NCBI GenBank assembly: GCA_031268525.1
Contig: JAIRXA010000042.1
Location: forward strand, 1-62,448
DNA: 62,448 nt
Direction: 5' to 3'
DNA from: Coriobacteriales bacterium
GTDB lineage: Bacteria > Actinomycetota > Coriobacteriia > Coriobacteriales > UBA8131
Below are positions 40,557 through 49,772 of the stretch, piece by piece. The stretch's first letter is position 1; every line of letters starts with the position of its first letter. Under the pieces are notes generated by a model. That model had not been told where the DNA came from, made no database searches, and saw nothing but the letters and a program-made list of their open reading frames with translations. Position numbers and translations under genes: made by a program.

Positions 40557-41756
40557 TCAGCCCCTTGCCGCCCACAGGGCAAGGGCATCCTTGGCGATGA
40601 GGAGCTCTTCATTGGTGGGAATGACAAGCAAGGTGACGGACGAGTCGTCGGTCGAGATGACACGGTCGGCGCCGCGCAGGGCATTACGCCGCTCATCGAG
40701 CACGATTCCAAAACCCTCAAGCCCACTGAGTACCATCTGTCGTAGAATACTGTCGTTCTCGCCCACGCCTGCCGTCATGACGATGGCGTCAACGCCGCCC
40801 ATGCTGAAGGCATACTGGCCGATATAGCGTCGTATTGCATTCGCGTATATCTCCAGAGCAAGTTCTGCGCGCTCATCGCTATCTGCAACGGCGGTATGAA
40901 CATCTCGGATATCGTTTGAGATCCCCGTCAGACCCAAAAGCCCCGATTCCCGGTTCATCAATCGATCTACCTCCTCGGCGGACATACCGAGCTCCGTGAT
41001 CAGATACACCACGATCGCAGGATCGATGGAACCACAACGCGTACCCATGACCACGCCATCAAGCGGCGTAAAGCCCATTGAGGTATCGACTGAATGCCCT
41101 CGATCAACGGCGGTCAGAGAGCAGCCATTGCCGAGGTGGCAGGTGATGATGCGCAGATCTTCGAGTGGACGCTCAAGTATCTCGGCTGCACGAGCGGCTA
41201 CATAGCGGTGCGACGTGCCATGAAAGCCGTACTTGCGAATGCGATGCTGCGTGTAGAGTGTATCCGGTAAGGCGTAGCGAAAGGCACGAGGCGGTATCGT
41301 TTGATGAAAAGCCGTATCAAAGACGGCAACCTGCAAGGCTGCAGGGATGAGGGTCTGACAGGCTTCGATGCCCGTCAGAGCGGCAGGATTGTGCAGAGGA
41401 GCAAGTGGTACACATTCCTTAATCTTTGCGATGACATCCTCGTCTATGACGACCGACTTGACGAAGGCCTCGCCGCCATGCACCACCCGATGCCCGACGG
41501 CGATGATCTCTTCCAGATTGGCAAGAGCAACTGAGGAAGGGTCGAGCAGATTTTCGAGAACCGCTCGCACGGCAGCCAGATGGTCAAAAAGCGGCAGAGT
41601 GTCGGTTCGAGCAGCGTCGCCCAGACCGTGACTGTAAAAGGAATCGGGTGAACCGACTTTCTCACAGAGGCCCTTGTCGACGATTGCCAGACTCTCGCTG
41701 TCGAGCAGCTGGTATTTCAGCGAGGAAGAGCCGGTATTCATTACCAGAACATACAT
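40557..41756 (-). CDS. ackA: Acetate kinase
   Basis: VLVMNTGSSSLKYQL, GHRVVHGG, FDTAFHQT, YGFHGTSH and TCHLGNG motifs. Confidence 0.95.
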   Translation of the reverse strand: MYVLVMNTGSSSLKYQLLDSESLAIVDKGLCEKVGSPDSFYSHGLGDAARTDTLPLFDHLAAVRAVLENLLDPSSVALANLEEIIAVGHRVVHGGEAFVKSVVIDEDVIAKIKECVPLAPLHNPAALTGIEACQTLIPAALQVAVFDTAFHQTIPPRAFRYALPDTLYTQHRIRKYGFHGTSHRYVAARAAEILERPLEDLRIITCHLGNGCSLTAVDRGHSVDTSMGFTPLDGVVMGTRCGSIDPAIVVYLITELGMSAEEVDRLMNRESGLLGLTGISNDIRDVHTAVADSDERAELALEIYANAIRRYIGQYAFSMGGVDAIVMTAGVGENDSILRQMVLSGLEGFGIVLDERRNALRGADRVISTDDSSVTLLVIPTNEELLIAKDALALWAARG

Positions 41757-41766
41757 TACGTGCCTC

Positions 41767-42114
41767 CTAATCGGCCGGTCCCATACGAATGGGCATCAGT
41801 GCCCCCCCGAGTACGTGTACATGGAGATGGTGTACCGTCTGTCTACCATCATCGCCGGTGTTGACGATGATGCGATAGCCTTTCTCGTCCACACCCTTGA
41901 GTCGTGCAACGGTCGCGACGGTAGCAAAGAGATGGCCCAGGAGGGGCTCTGGCACTTCGTCGCCAATGTGGCTGTAATGGTGCTTCGGTATGATCAGGAC
42001 GTGTACCGGCATCTGAGGATTTGCGTCCTCAAAGGCAATGACCTGATCATCCTCATAGACGATCCTGGCGGAAATCTCACCTTGTGCAATCGCACAGAAA
42101 ATGCAGTCCGGCAT
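41767..42114 (-). CDS. HIT-family (histidine triad) protein
   Basis: CIFCAI...PVHVLIIPKHH...QTVHHLHVHVLGG carries the HxHxHxx motif. Confidence 0.9.
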   Translation of the reverse strand: MPDCIFCAIAQGEISARIVYEDDQVIAFEDANPQMPVHVLIIPKHHYSHIGDEVPEPLLGHLFATVATVARLKGVDEKGYRIIVNTGDDGRQTVHHLHVHVLGGALMPIRMGPAD

Positions 42115-42130
42115 CCGTTCTCCTCTTTCT

Positions 42131-42397
42131 TCAGCTCAGGTTGGTATCGACCTCGTCGTCGCTTTCCGGTTCAAGCTCCCCCATCAGGACGCTTACTCGC
42201 TGCTGGGCCTGAGTCAGGCGCTCCCTGAGGCTGCGCAGCAGGGCGACTCCCCGTTCGTAGCGCTCAAGACTCTCTTCGAGCTCCAGGCTGTCGTCCTCCA
42301 GAGCACGAACGATAAGTTCCAACTCATCAGAAGCGTCTCGAAAGCTCAATTGGTTCACATCGGGGATCTGCGGCTGTCGCGCTGTCCCATCCTTCAT
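42131..42397 (-). CDS. xseB: Exodeoxyribonuclease VII small subunit
   Basis: SFRDASDELELIVRALEDDSLELEESLERYERGVAL is typical XseB. Start trimmed to the ATG abutting the xseA stop. Confidence 0.85.
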   Translation of the reverse strand: MKDGTARQPQIPDVNQLSFRDASDELELIVRALEDDSLELEESLERYERGVALLRSLRERLTQAQQRVSVLMGELEPESDDEVDTNLS

Positions 42398-42398
42398 G

Positions 42399-43682
42399 TC
42401 ACTCACCTCGTGTCTCCTCGTCTGTCGTCCGTCCTTCAACCCTGCACGCCAGAAGGCCGTCCCTGAGTCTCAGGTCGATACGCGCTCCCCAGTCTACCGC
42501 ATCAACACTCGATACGATATGCCCGTCCTCGTCACAGGCAACAGCATACCCCCGAGCGAGCACCGCGAGAGGAGAGAGGCTTTCGAGCTTCGCCGTCAGA
42601 ATACCCAGAACGTTCGCACGGTCAGCAATGAGCCCCCTGCCGAGTGCCTTCATCCGAGCTTCTCCTCCACCGAGGAACGAGCTGCTGCGCCCCAGACGAT
42701 CATCGAGCGCCGTCGTGAGGCGCATCTGCGCCATCTCCAAGGCCAGTTCGCGCCGCAGCAGAGGGTGCTTGGGGTCAGTAAGCACGGGACGGGTCTCAAA
42801 ATTGGCAAGGTGGGCTGCCCAGCGAGCAAGGCGGGTCCGCTTCCCGTGGCGCATCCGACGCGCCTGGCTGTCGAGGTGCAGCAACAACTCGGTACCGTCG
42901 GGACTCACGCGCTCGGCTGCCGCAGTCGGTGTCGAGGCGCGTGCACTGGCCACCATGTCGGCAATGGTGGTATCCGGCTCATGCCCGATGCCGGTAACGA
43001 TGGGCACCGGAGAAGTGGCAATGACTCGGGCAAGTGCCTCATCGTTGAAAGGCATGAGGTCTTCGTAGGAGCCGCCGCCACGTACCAGAAGGGTGACCTC
43101 CACGCCAGCCTGTGCGGTTGCGTGGAGGCCGTCGATCAGCGCCTCGACTGCGTGTGCGCCCTCAACGGGCACACCAGCCAGTACTATCTGGGCCAGAGGG
43201 AAGCGGCGACGCAGGGTTCGCAAGACATCGTGAACCGCTTTTCCACGTGGAGAGGTCACGAGCCCGATTCTCAAGGGCGCTATCGGTATCGGGAGTTTAC
43301 GAGCGGGGTCCATGAGGCCCAAAGCCTCAAGTCGAACGGCAAGCTCGGCCACCTTCAGGCGTAAGGCACCCTCCCCCGCCAGACGCAGGGTTCGAACCTC
43401 AAAGTTCAGACGCCCCTTCGGCGCATAGAGCGAAAAGGCGCCCGCCGCCTCAACGAGCATCCCCTGTCTGATCGCAAACTGTGTCTGAGCAAGATTGTTC
43501 TTCCATATCAGACAGGGCAAAGCCGACTGCTCATCAGCAAGAGTAAAGTAGACCGCCTTATAGCCAGGCTTATCGGAGACTTCCGAGACCTCGCCGAGAA
43601 CCGTCATACTGATCTTTTGGAGCGAAGCCTTGGCGACCTTGAGTGCCTGGCTTACCGAAAGCGTTTCGGGATTTTCGCTCAA
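42399..43682 (-). CDS. xseA: Exodeoxyribonuclease VII large subunit
   Basis: N-terminal OB-fold region (YFTLADEQSALPCLIWK), GLVTSPRGKAVHDV, RGGGSYEDL and TGIGHEPD motifs. Confidence 0.9.
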   Translation of the reverse strand: MSENPETLSVSQALKVAKASLQKISMTVLGEVSEVSDKPGYKAVYFTLADEQSALPCLIWKNNLAQTQFAIRQGMLVEAAGAFSLYAPKGRLNFEVRTLRLAGEGALRLKVAELAVRLEALGLMDPARKLPIPIAPLRIGLVTSPRGKAVHDVLRTLRRRFPLAQIVLAGVPVEGAHAVEALIDGLHATAQAGVEVTLLVRGGGSYEDLMPFNDEALARVIATSPVPIVTGIGHEPDTTIADMVASARASTPTAAAERVSPDGTELLLHLDSQARRMRHGKRTRLARWAAHLANFETRPVLTDPKHPLLRRELALEMAQMRLTTALDDRLGRSSSFLGGGEARMKALGRGLIADRANVLGILTAKLESLSPLAVLARGYAVACDEDGHIVSSVDAVDWGARIDLRLRDGLLACRVEGRTTDEETRGE

Positions 43683-44347
43683 CGGCGTGCCATACCGATG
43701 AGATAGAGGAGCTGGAGAACCGAAATCAAAGCGGCGGCAATATAGGTCATGGCCGCAGCGCGTAAAACCCGCTTTGCGCCGCCCTGCTCCTGGGGCGGCA
43801 GATAGGTGCTCGTACTCACATACGCCAGAGCGCGGCTTGAGGCATTCAGCTCAACAGGCAGTGTGACCATTTGAAAAATGATGACGGCGACGTAGAGGAT
43901 AATGCCGAGCCAGAACAGCTCGAGCACTCCAACGATGAGCCCTATGATCATGACAAAGATCCAGATATTGGAGGCAATTGACACAGCCGGCACGAGGCTT
44001 GCGCGAATGCGTGCGGGAGCATAGCCCTGAGCATGCTGGACAGCATGTCCTACCTCATGGCAGGCAATCGCCGTTGCAGCGACACTGGCTGTCCCATAGA
44101 CCGACTCAGACAGGGAGACGACATTGGTCCGCGGGTCGAAGTGATCGGAGAGCTTGCCGGGAATCATCTGGATGGCAATATGCGAAAGCCCGTGCGCATC
44201 AAGCATTCGACGAGCAGCCAGCGCGCCCGTCAGCCCCGTACTGATCGGGATCTTGTTCCACTTCCGATACGACAGATTTATATATGCCTGAGTACCCAGC
44301 CCCAAGACAAGCATGGCAAGAACCAGAAGCACCCACGAAATATCCAT
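43679..44347 (-). CDS. Membrane zinc metallopeptidase (YugP-like)
   Basis: HEVGHAVQH (HExxH) lies between an N-terminal TM and C-terminal TM helices. 222 aa. Confidence 0.8.
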   Translation of the reverse strand: MDISWVLLVLAMLVLGLGTQAYINLSYRKWNKIPISTGLTGALAARRMLDAHGLSHIAIQMIPGKLSDHFDPRTNVVSLSESVYGTASVAATAIACHEVGHAVQHAQGYAPARIRASLVPAVSIASNIWIFVMIIGLIVGVLELFWLGIILYVAVIIFQMVTLPVELNASSRALAYVSTSTYLPPQEQGGAKRVLRAAAMTYIAAALISVLQLLYLIGMARR

Positions 44348-44470
44348 CTACGCTCAACTCCCACCCGTGTTCTCATGATCCTGCATTTCCTGCATTCAGC
44401 CACGAATCGTTCCTGGCAAACGCGCCTACCAATACTACCTCAGAATCGATCATTTGAGGAGACGGTAGGT

Positions 44471-45652
44471 CTATTGAGATAAAGTGGTCACCTGTAGTTT
44501 GCCAGCATGAAAGCTCAAGGCCAGACGTCCCTCAAGCAAGGCAAGGAGCTCTTCGCCGATCAGGTCACGCCGCCAACCTCTGAACAGATCCAGATCCTTC
44601 TCCCCTGCTGCAAGTGCCTTGAGCTCGGAGGCTGAGGCAAGATAGGAAGGCGCGATGTGCAGTTCGTGGGCTCGCAGACGCACGAGTGCGTTCATCAGGT
44701 CATGCGCCGCCGCGTTATCGACCTTCGGTGTGTTGGCATGGAGGCGCCTGGGCCATTGATCGTCAGGGAGGAGACGCGCCTCCTCGAGTGTCGTCAGAAT
44801 CTCCGTCGCCCACAGTCGACCGAGTCGATCACGCAGGCCACGAATACGAAAGAGCGACTCCAGATCGGCGGGGTCAGCACGAACAAGCTCGACAAGCAAT
44901 TCATCGGACATGATCCACTTGCGTGGCAGGTTGCGTTTCTGCGCGGTAGATTCACGCCATGCGGCCAACTCTCTGAGTCGAGCCAGCTGTCCAGAGTTCA
45001 AAGAGGTCGCATGTTTGACCTTATGCCACATTTCCCGGGGCTCATTGACGGTTTCGGCCACCTGTGCCATATGTTCAAAATCCTGCTCAAGCCAGGCGAG
45101 TCGTCCTACATCTGCCAATTCGTCGATCATGTGATCGTAGATGTTGGGAAGATAGCGCACATCATCGGCGGCATACGCAAGCTGGCGAGGGGTCAGGGGC
45201 CGCGCAGACCAGTCCGAAAAGGTATCCATCTTTGCGAGATCGATTCCCTGATAGCGCTTCACCAACACAGCAAGCGATGCCTGCAGTGGGAGCCCCAGCA
45301 GCATGGAGGCCCACTGTGTGTCGAAAACCGGACGCGCCGAAACCCCGATCTCCTGAAAGAGAATCGCACGATCCTGGTCGCCCGCATGAAAGACTTTCGC
45401 CACGGAGGTATCGGCGAAGCAGGGTTTGAGAATACCCAAATCGACCTGCGCAAGCGGGTCGATGAGCACCAGCTGCTCGCGAGTCGCCAGCTGTAGAAGG
45501 CACAGCTGTGGATAGTAGGTCTTCTCCCGCAGGAACTCCGTATCGATAGCCAGCACATCCGTGCCTGCGATGCGTTCGCAAAAGCTCGTCAGGGCTTCGT
45601 CTGTCTCGATCCAGCAGACGTCTGGCCTCTGCCGTCGTACCCCTGGTGCCAT
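44471..45652 (-). CDS. rnd: Ribonuclease D
   Basis: It has a DEDDy exonuclease domain (AIDTEF...KVFHAGDQD...AADDVRYL) followed by an HRDC-like region. Start trimmed to MAPGVRRQ (ATG 45650-45652). Confidence 0.8.
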   Translation of the reverse strand: MAPGVRRQRPDVCWIETDEALTSFCERIAGTDVLAIDTEFLREKTYYPQLCLLQLATREQLVLIDPLAQVDLGILKPCFADTSVAKVFHAGDQDRAILFQEIGVSARPVFDTQWASMLLGLPLQASLAVLVKRYQGIDLAKMDTFSDWSARPLTPRQLAYAADDVRYLPNIYDHMIDELADVGRLAWLEQDFEHMAQVAETVNEPREMWHKVKHATSLNSGQLARLRELAAWRESTAQKRNLPRKWIMSDELLVELVRADPADLESLFRIRGLRDRLGRLWATEILTTLEEARLLPDDQWPRRLHANTPKVDNAAAHDLMNALVRLRAHELHIAPSYLASASELKALAAGEKDLDLFRGWRRDLIGEELLALLEGRLALSFHAGKLQVTTLSQ

Positions 45653-45740
45653 CGGACCTCGTTTCCCCTGTTCGTCTGTGAAAAATGCTGGGATAATGGT
45701 AGCACGACAAGGCGAGTAGTAAGGCCACAAAGGAGTACGC

Positions 45741-46661
45741 ATGGACATCCTGATCATCAATAACCTGTCTTCTGGTCTACGTGACGGAGCGATCTATGAG
45801 TTTGTACGTAAATTGGTATGCGATGGTGATCGTATCATGATGCGTTGCACAGATGGGCATACGCCGATCGGTGAAATGCTGAACGATGCGCGCTCCTTTG
45901 ACCTCGTGGTTGCCTCGGGCAGCGACAGCATGATCGCAGCCGTTTGTTATGAGCTCCGCAACAGCGGTGTTGCAATCCTTCCCTTCCCCGCAGGCACCAG
46001 CAATCTACTCGCAACCAACCTCGACATGCCCGACGAACCCGGCGCGATAGCTGCCCTCGCACGTGAGCATCTTGCCCTTGATTTCGATCTCGCCGAGATA
46101 AGCTATGAACAGGGAGGATCTGTACAAACCAGAGGTTTTGCCATCATTGCAGGCGCCGGCTACGACGCAACGATCATGGAGACAGCCAGGCAGCTCAAAG
46201 AGGCTCTTGGTCCAGGCGCCTATATCGCGAGCGCCTTTGCAAACCCCAACCCACGACTTTCACATTTCACGGTTACCCTCGATGACAAGACAATAGAAAC
46301 CGATGCCATTGCGGTTTTGTTGTTGAACTTCGCGAAGATATATCCCGACATCTCAATTACCCATGGCAATAACGCCCGTGATGGTTTGCTTGAAGTAGCG
46401 ATCATCAAACCACAGAACACCGTTGAACTCCTGCCAGCCTTCATCGCTGCCTTTCGCGATCGCAGTGGTGGTTTTCCCAGCAGAACCGACGCCATTGAAA
46501 CCTATCGTACGCATACGGTGCGTGTCGAATCCGAGCAGCTGCTGCATATTCAACATGATGGCGAGGCCCTGGGAGCAAGCACGCCACTTGAAGCGCATAT
46601 CCTGCCAGGTGCCACGCGGCTTATCGTCAGCCGGGAGGCCCTTGAGCGACTTTCAGTCTGA
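45741..46661 (+). CDS. Diacylglycerol/lipid kinase family protein (YegS/BmrU-like)
   Basis: ILIINNLSSG, VVASGSDSMIAAV, FPAGTSNLLA and GAGYDA motifs. Confidence 0.8.
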   Translation: MDILIINNLSSGLRDGAIYEFVRKLVCDGDRIMMRCTDGHTPIGEMLNDARSFDLVVASGSDSMIAAVCYELRNSGVAILPFPAGTSNLLATNLDMPDEPGAIAALAREHLALDFDLAEISYEQGGSVQTRGFAIIAGAGYDATIMETARQLKEALGPGAYIASAFANPNPRLSHFTVTLDDKTIETDAIAVLLLNFAKIYPDISITHGNNARDGLLEVAIIKPQNTVELLPAFIAAFRDRSGGFPSRTDAIETYRTHTVRVESEQLLHIQHDGEALGASTPLEAHILPGATRLIVSREALERLSV

Positions 46662-47825
46662 AGGAAAGCGAGACGAAGAGAAGGCTGCTGCTGCATATCC
46701 AGCGGTGATACCCGATGCCCAAGCCCAGTGCAGGTTGTATCCGCCACAGGGGCCATCGACATCCAAGCACTCGCCTGCGGCAAAGAGTCCAGGGTAATCG
46801 TAGGCCTCAAGCCTGTCTGCTCTGAAGGCCGCAACCTGATAACCCCCTCGCAGTACCTGTGCCTGCTCGGGTTTTGGCGCAGCATTCATCCTGACCTGCC
46901 AGTGTTTGAGCGCATGGGCAAGCCTGTGGGAATTCGCGTAACTATCCCGAAAGAGCCTGCCGATACGCGGGTGGAGCATACCGTCGTAAAAGCTCTGCGT
47001 GTCATACCCACCCAAACTCTCCCTGCGTGCGCCAAGAAAAGCGGCCAACCCGTCTTCCGTATCCTCAGGGAAGAGATCGATGGAGATATGATCGCCCCTG
47101 CGAGCATATCGACTGAGATTGAAGGCGACGATACCCGAGAGTCCATAATTCCTGAATAACAGCTCCCCGTATTCGCAGAACAACTCGCGTTCGTTGCGAC
47201 TGAGAGAGAGCTGCGCCGACACCCGAACTCCGTCAAGCCCCCTGATGGCTGCGGTGTCGGTTCCAAGCGGTCCGAGTATCGGTGCGGTTTCCTGATAGGA
47301 AAGCCCCCCGATATCCACGGATCGTGAGCCACCATGAGCGAGAATCACAGCTCTGCTGCAGAGGCTCTCGCCAGAAGCGAGGTGCAGGACAAATCCCTCT
47401 CCAGCAGACTCGACATGTTCAGGCTGGCACTCACAACGTAGTTCGACATCGAGTTCGGCAATGCGATGGCGAAGCACATCAAGCACCGAGTTCGCCATGC
47501 GAGTGCGCGGATAGACCCAGCCTCGCTCGTCAGCCTCAGTCATAAGGCCCCGTTCATCAAACCATGCGCGGACAGCGGCGGCATCCCAGCGTCCGAGAAC
47601 GTTGGAAGCGAAGTCCTGATTACGATAGGTGCCCAAAGGCAGTGCGGCACCTATTGCATCGTTTGTGAGGTTGCAGCGTCCGTTACCCGTCTTGAGTATG
47701 CTCTGGCCAATGCGCGCCTGTCGTTCCAACACGACGACCCGCACACCCTGCTCGGCTGCCGTGATGGCGGCGGCAAGCCCGGCGGCGCCTGCTCCAATCA
47801 CACATGCCTCGAGTGTATCGCTCAT
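46653..47825 (-). CDS. HI0933/BaiN-like NAD(P)/FAD-dependent oxidoreductase
   Basis: VIGAGAAGLAAA, ILKTGNGRCNLTN, and C-terminal AGECLDVDGPCGGYNLHWAWASG. Start trimmed to MSDTLEAC. Confidence 0.8.
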   Translation of the reverse strand: MSDTLEACVIGAGAAGLAAAITAAEQGVRVVVLERQARIGQSILKTGNGRCNLTNDAIGAALPLGTYRNQDFASNVLGRWDAAAVRAWFDERGLMTEADERGWVYPRTRMANSVLDVLRHRIAELDVELRCECQPEHVESAGEGFVLHLASGESLCSRAVILAHGGSRSVDIGGLSYQETAPILGPLGTDTAAIRGLDGVRVSAQLSLSRNERELFCEYGELLFRNYGLSGIVAFNLSRYARRGDHISIDLFPEDTEDGLAAFLGARRESLGGYDTQSFYDGMLHPRIGRLFRDSYANSHRLAHALKHWQVRMNAAPKPEQAQVLRGGYQVAAFRADRLEAYDYPGLFAAGECLDVDGPCGGYNLHWAWASGITAGYAAAAFSSSRFPSD

Positions 47826-47949
47826 ACACACTCCGATCACGACAACCAACAGAGGGACGATTGAAGAATACTACACCTTGCTATCCTACCGCTTGATAGC
47901 CTTTGCTTCCCTAAAGAAAATTCGCTATGCCAGTTGGTGGTCTTTTCTT

Positions 47950-47992
47950 TTTGCCGAAGCAAAAGCCGCTCTGCGTGTACACAGAGCGGCTT
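47950..47992 (-). terminator. Terminator-like hairpin in an ORF-poor region
   Basis: aagccgctctg (47963-47973) / cagagcggctt (47982-47992), followed on the minus strand by ttttgctt. No annotated minus-strand gene lies upstream of it. Confidence 0.5.
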
Positions 47993-48374
47993 GGTTGCAA
48001 TGAGGCGTGCTCCTTTGACCATCCGTGAGGAAAGCCCGGCCTCGCCTATAGATAATATATCACCGACGCTTCTGGACTTCAATCACGTCACTCGCGTCAC
48101 TTTTCCATCTTTAGCAATCATGATGATCCGGTAGATGCTCTTCCTTTGCGTGAGATACCGCGATAGCTCGGAGGCAATCCTTTTATCGTCGAGCTAGGGA
48201 AGTGTGGCGAGACAAAAAAAGTACCTTTGCTTTTTGCTTTTTGCTTTTTGTCTTGCGTTCGTATGCAGAGAGCCGTAGGGTCGAGCGTAGGTTCCGCTCC
48301 TACAGATTCGTCCCTGCAGGTCCGTCCGATCCGCACCTACGATCCACTCCCGTTTTTGCCCGCGTAGGACTGTA

Positions 48375-48446
48375 TTTCGCTGTTAATGCGCGCGAAAGAC
48401 AACCGCTGAGGAGAAAATCGGTTGACTTTCGCGCGCATTAACGAAA
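48375..48446. repeat. Long imperfect inverted repeat / hairpin (about 28-bp arms, 13-nt loop)
   Basis: tttcgctgttaatgcgcgcgaaagacaaccg ... cggttgactttcgcgcgcattaacgaaa. The core 17 bp, gttaatgcgcgcgaaag, is perfect. Confidence 0.85.
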
Positions 48447-48638
48447 CTTTTGGCTCTCCGCCACCACTTAAAATAAATCTCCGCTCTCACATAGTCGCCA
48501 AAGTCCTACGCATTCTGAAGATATCATCCGGCAAAAAAATTCGTCCTATGGACCAGAGTAAACATCCAACTATGCAGATCATATCACGCAAAATCAACAG
48601 GCCTGAAGTCGATGAGCTTCTGGCCTGCAAAAATGACG

Positions 48639-48683
48639 TGGTGCGCGATACTGGATTTGAACCAGTGGCCCCTACCGTGTCAG
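48639..48683 (-). pseudogene. Orphan 3' half of a tRNA-Val gene (att-like duplicate)
   Basis: tggtgcgcgatactggatttgaaccagtggcccctaccgtgtca aligns with the 3' 45 nt of tRNA-Val at 52297-52341 (5 differences). The sequence beyond cannot form the anticodon stem, D-arm or acceptor 5' strand. Confidence 0.8.
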
Positions 48684-49017
48684 TCGCTCCATCGAGCGCA
48701 TCAGCATGTACCAGTACGAAGCAGAAAGGCCTATCTATCTGCAAGAATGGATGCTGCGACTTCGCGCAGCATGACGTGCAAGGAGTTTATGCACAGGTTG
48801 CAAGTCCCGTTGTCCCACATATATCTACACAGGATATCCAAACGTTGTAGTGTGGCTCCTGAATGGACTGCACCGGCTTGGGTATCAAGAGGCGTGCACC
48901 TCGGCACTCACGTCTCCTGTCAACTGCGCAATTTTGATGCTCGTGACAGCTTTGTTGGTGTGGTAGAATTATGAGAATTAAGAAATAGAATAAAATTAAT
49001 AGATTTGAGGTGCTTTC

Positions 49018-49278
49018 ATGGATACAGCCAAGGTAACATCAAACGGTCAGGTCACTATACCGATAGACTTCCGCAGGCTTCTGAATATCAAGCCCGGAAA
49101 CAAGGTGTTGTTCTTTCAGCGGGAAAACGGTGATGTGGTCATAGAAAACGTCTCGATTGTTGCCCTGCGCAAAGCGCAGTCGGCATTTGCTGGAGCCGCC
49201 GTTGATTTTGGCTACGAGAGCACAGATGACGTCTTGGATGACGTGATGACCACTCGTTACGGGGATAGCCATACATGA
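49018..49278 (+). CDS. AbrB/MazE/SpoVT-family antitoxin
   Basis: KVTSNGQVTIPIDFRRLLNIKPGNKVLF is a SpoVT-AbrB swapped-hairpin motif. 86 aa. The stop overlaps the PIN gene start (ATGA). Confidence 0.8.
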   Translation: MDTAKVTSNGQVTIPIDFRRLLNIKPGNKVLFFQRENGDVVIENVSIVALRKAQSAFAGAAVDFGYESTDDVLDDVMTTRYGDSHT

Positions 49279-49664
49279 GGGTAATGATAGATACCAACGT
49301 CTTCATGTCCGCACTCATGTTCCCCTCGTCGACGCCATCTGGTGCGATGCAGCTTGTGATGGAGAGACACGAGTTGGTACTTTGCGACTACATAGTCAAT
49401 GAACTCAGGAACAAGATCGGCCTAAAACGACCCGATCTTGTTCCTGCGTTGAATGAGTTGCTTGATACGATGCCTTACGAGAACGTCTCGGGGACAGGTG
49501 ATCCCACCCCTGCCATCAAAGACCCAAAGGACGCACCGATACTGGATGCTGCCATCGCGGGAAACGTCGGTGTCGTCATCAGCGGCGACAAGCATTTTAA
49601 GAGTCTGTCTCTAACAAAGCCAAGAGTGAACAGTCCGGCAGATTTCCTTAAAAAGAACAGATAA
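49275..49664 (+). CDS. PIN-domain toxin (TA system)
   Basis: MRVMIDTNVFMSAL (first acidic residue), PKDAPILDAAIAG...VISGDKHF. 129 aa, translationally coupled to the antitoxin. Confidence 0.8.
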   Translation: MRVMIDTNVFMSALMFPSSTPSGAMQLVMERHELVLCDYIVNELRNKIGLKRPDLVPALNELLDTMPYENVSGTGDPTPAIKDPKDAPILDAAIAGNVGVVISGDKHFKSLSLTKPRVNSPADFLKKNR

Positions 49665-49772
49665 CCTTGGGAGAGCCTGGGGGACGACGCAGGAGTCAGT
49701 GGTAGGAGGTGGGGCAAGGTAGTCTGTCGGTTTTGTGACGTTTTACAGGCTTTTGAGACAGCCCATTTTTCG

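Noticed and set aside
48639-49010. Possibility that the tRNA-like 3' end at 48639 belongs to a tmRNA (ssrA)
   Set aside because: The acceptor strand would pair G3:C70, not the G:U alanine identity pair. No matching 5' acceptor strand (atcgcgc on the plus strand) occurs in the next ~370 nt. The fragment matches tRNA-Val specifically.
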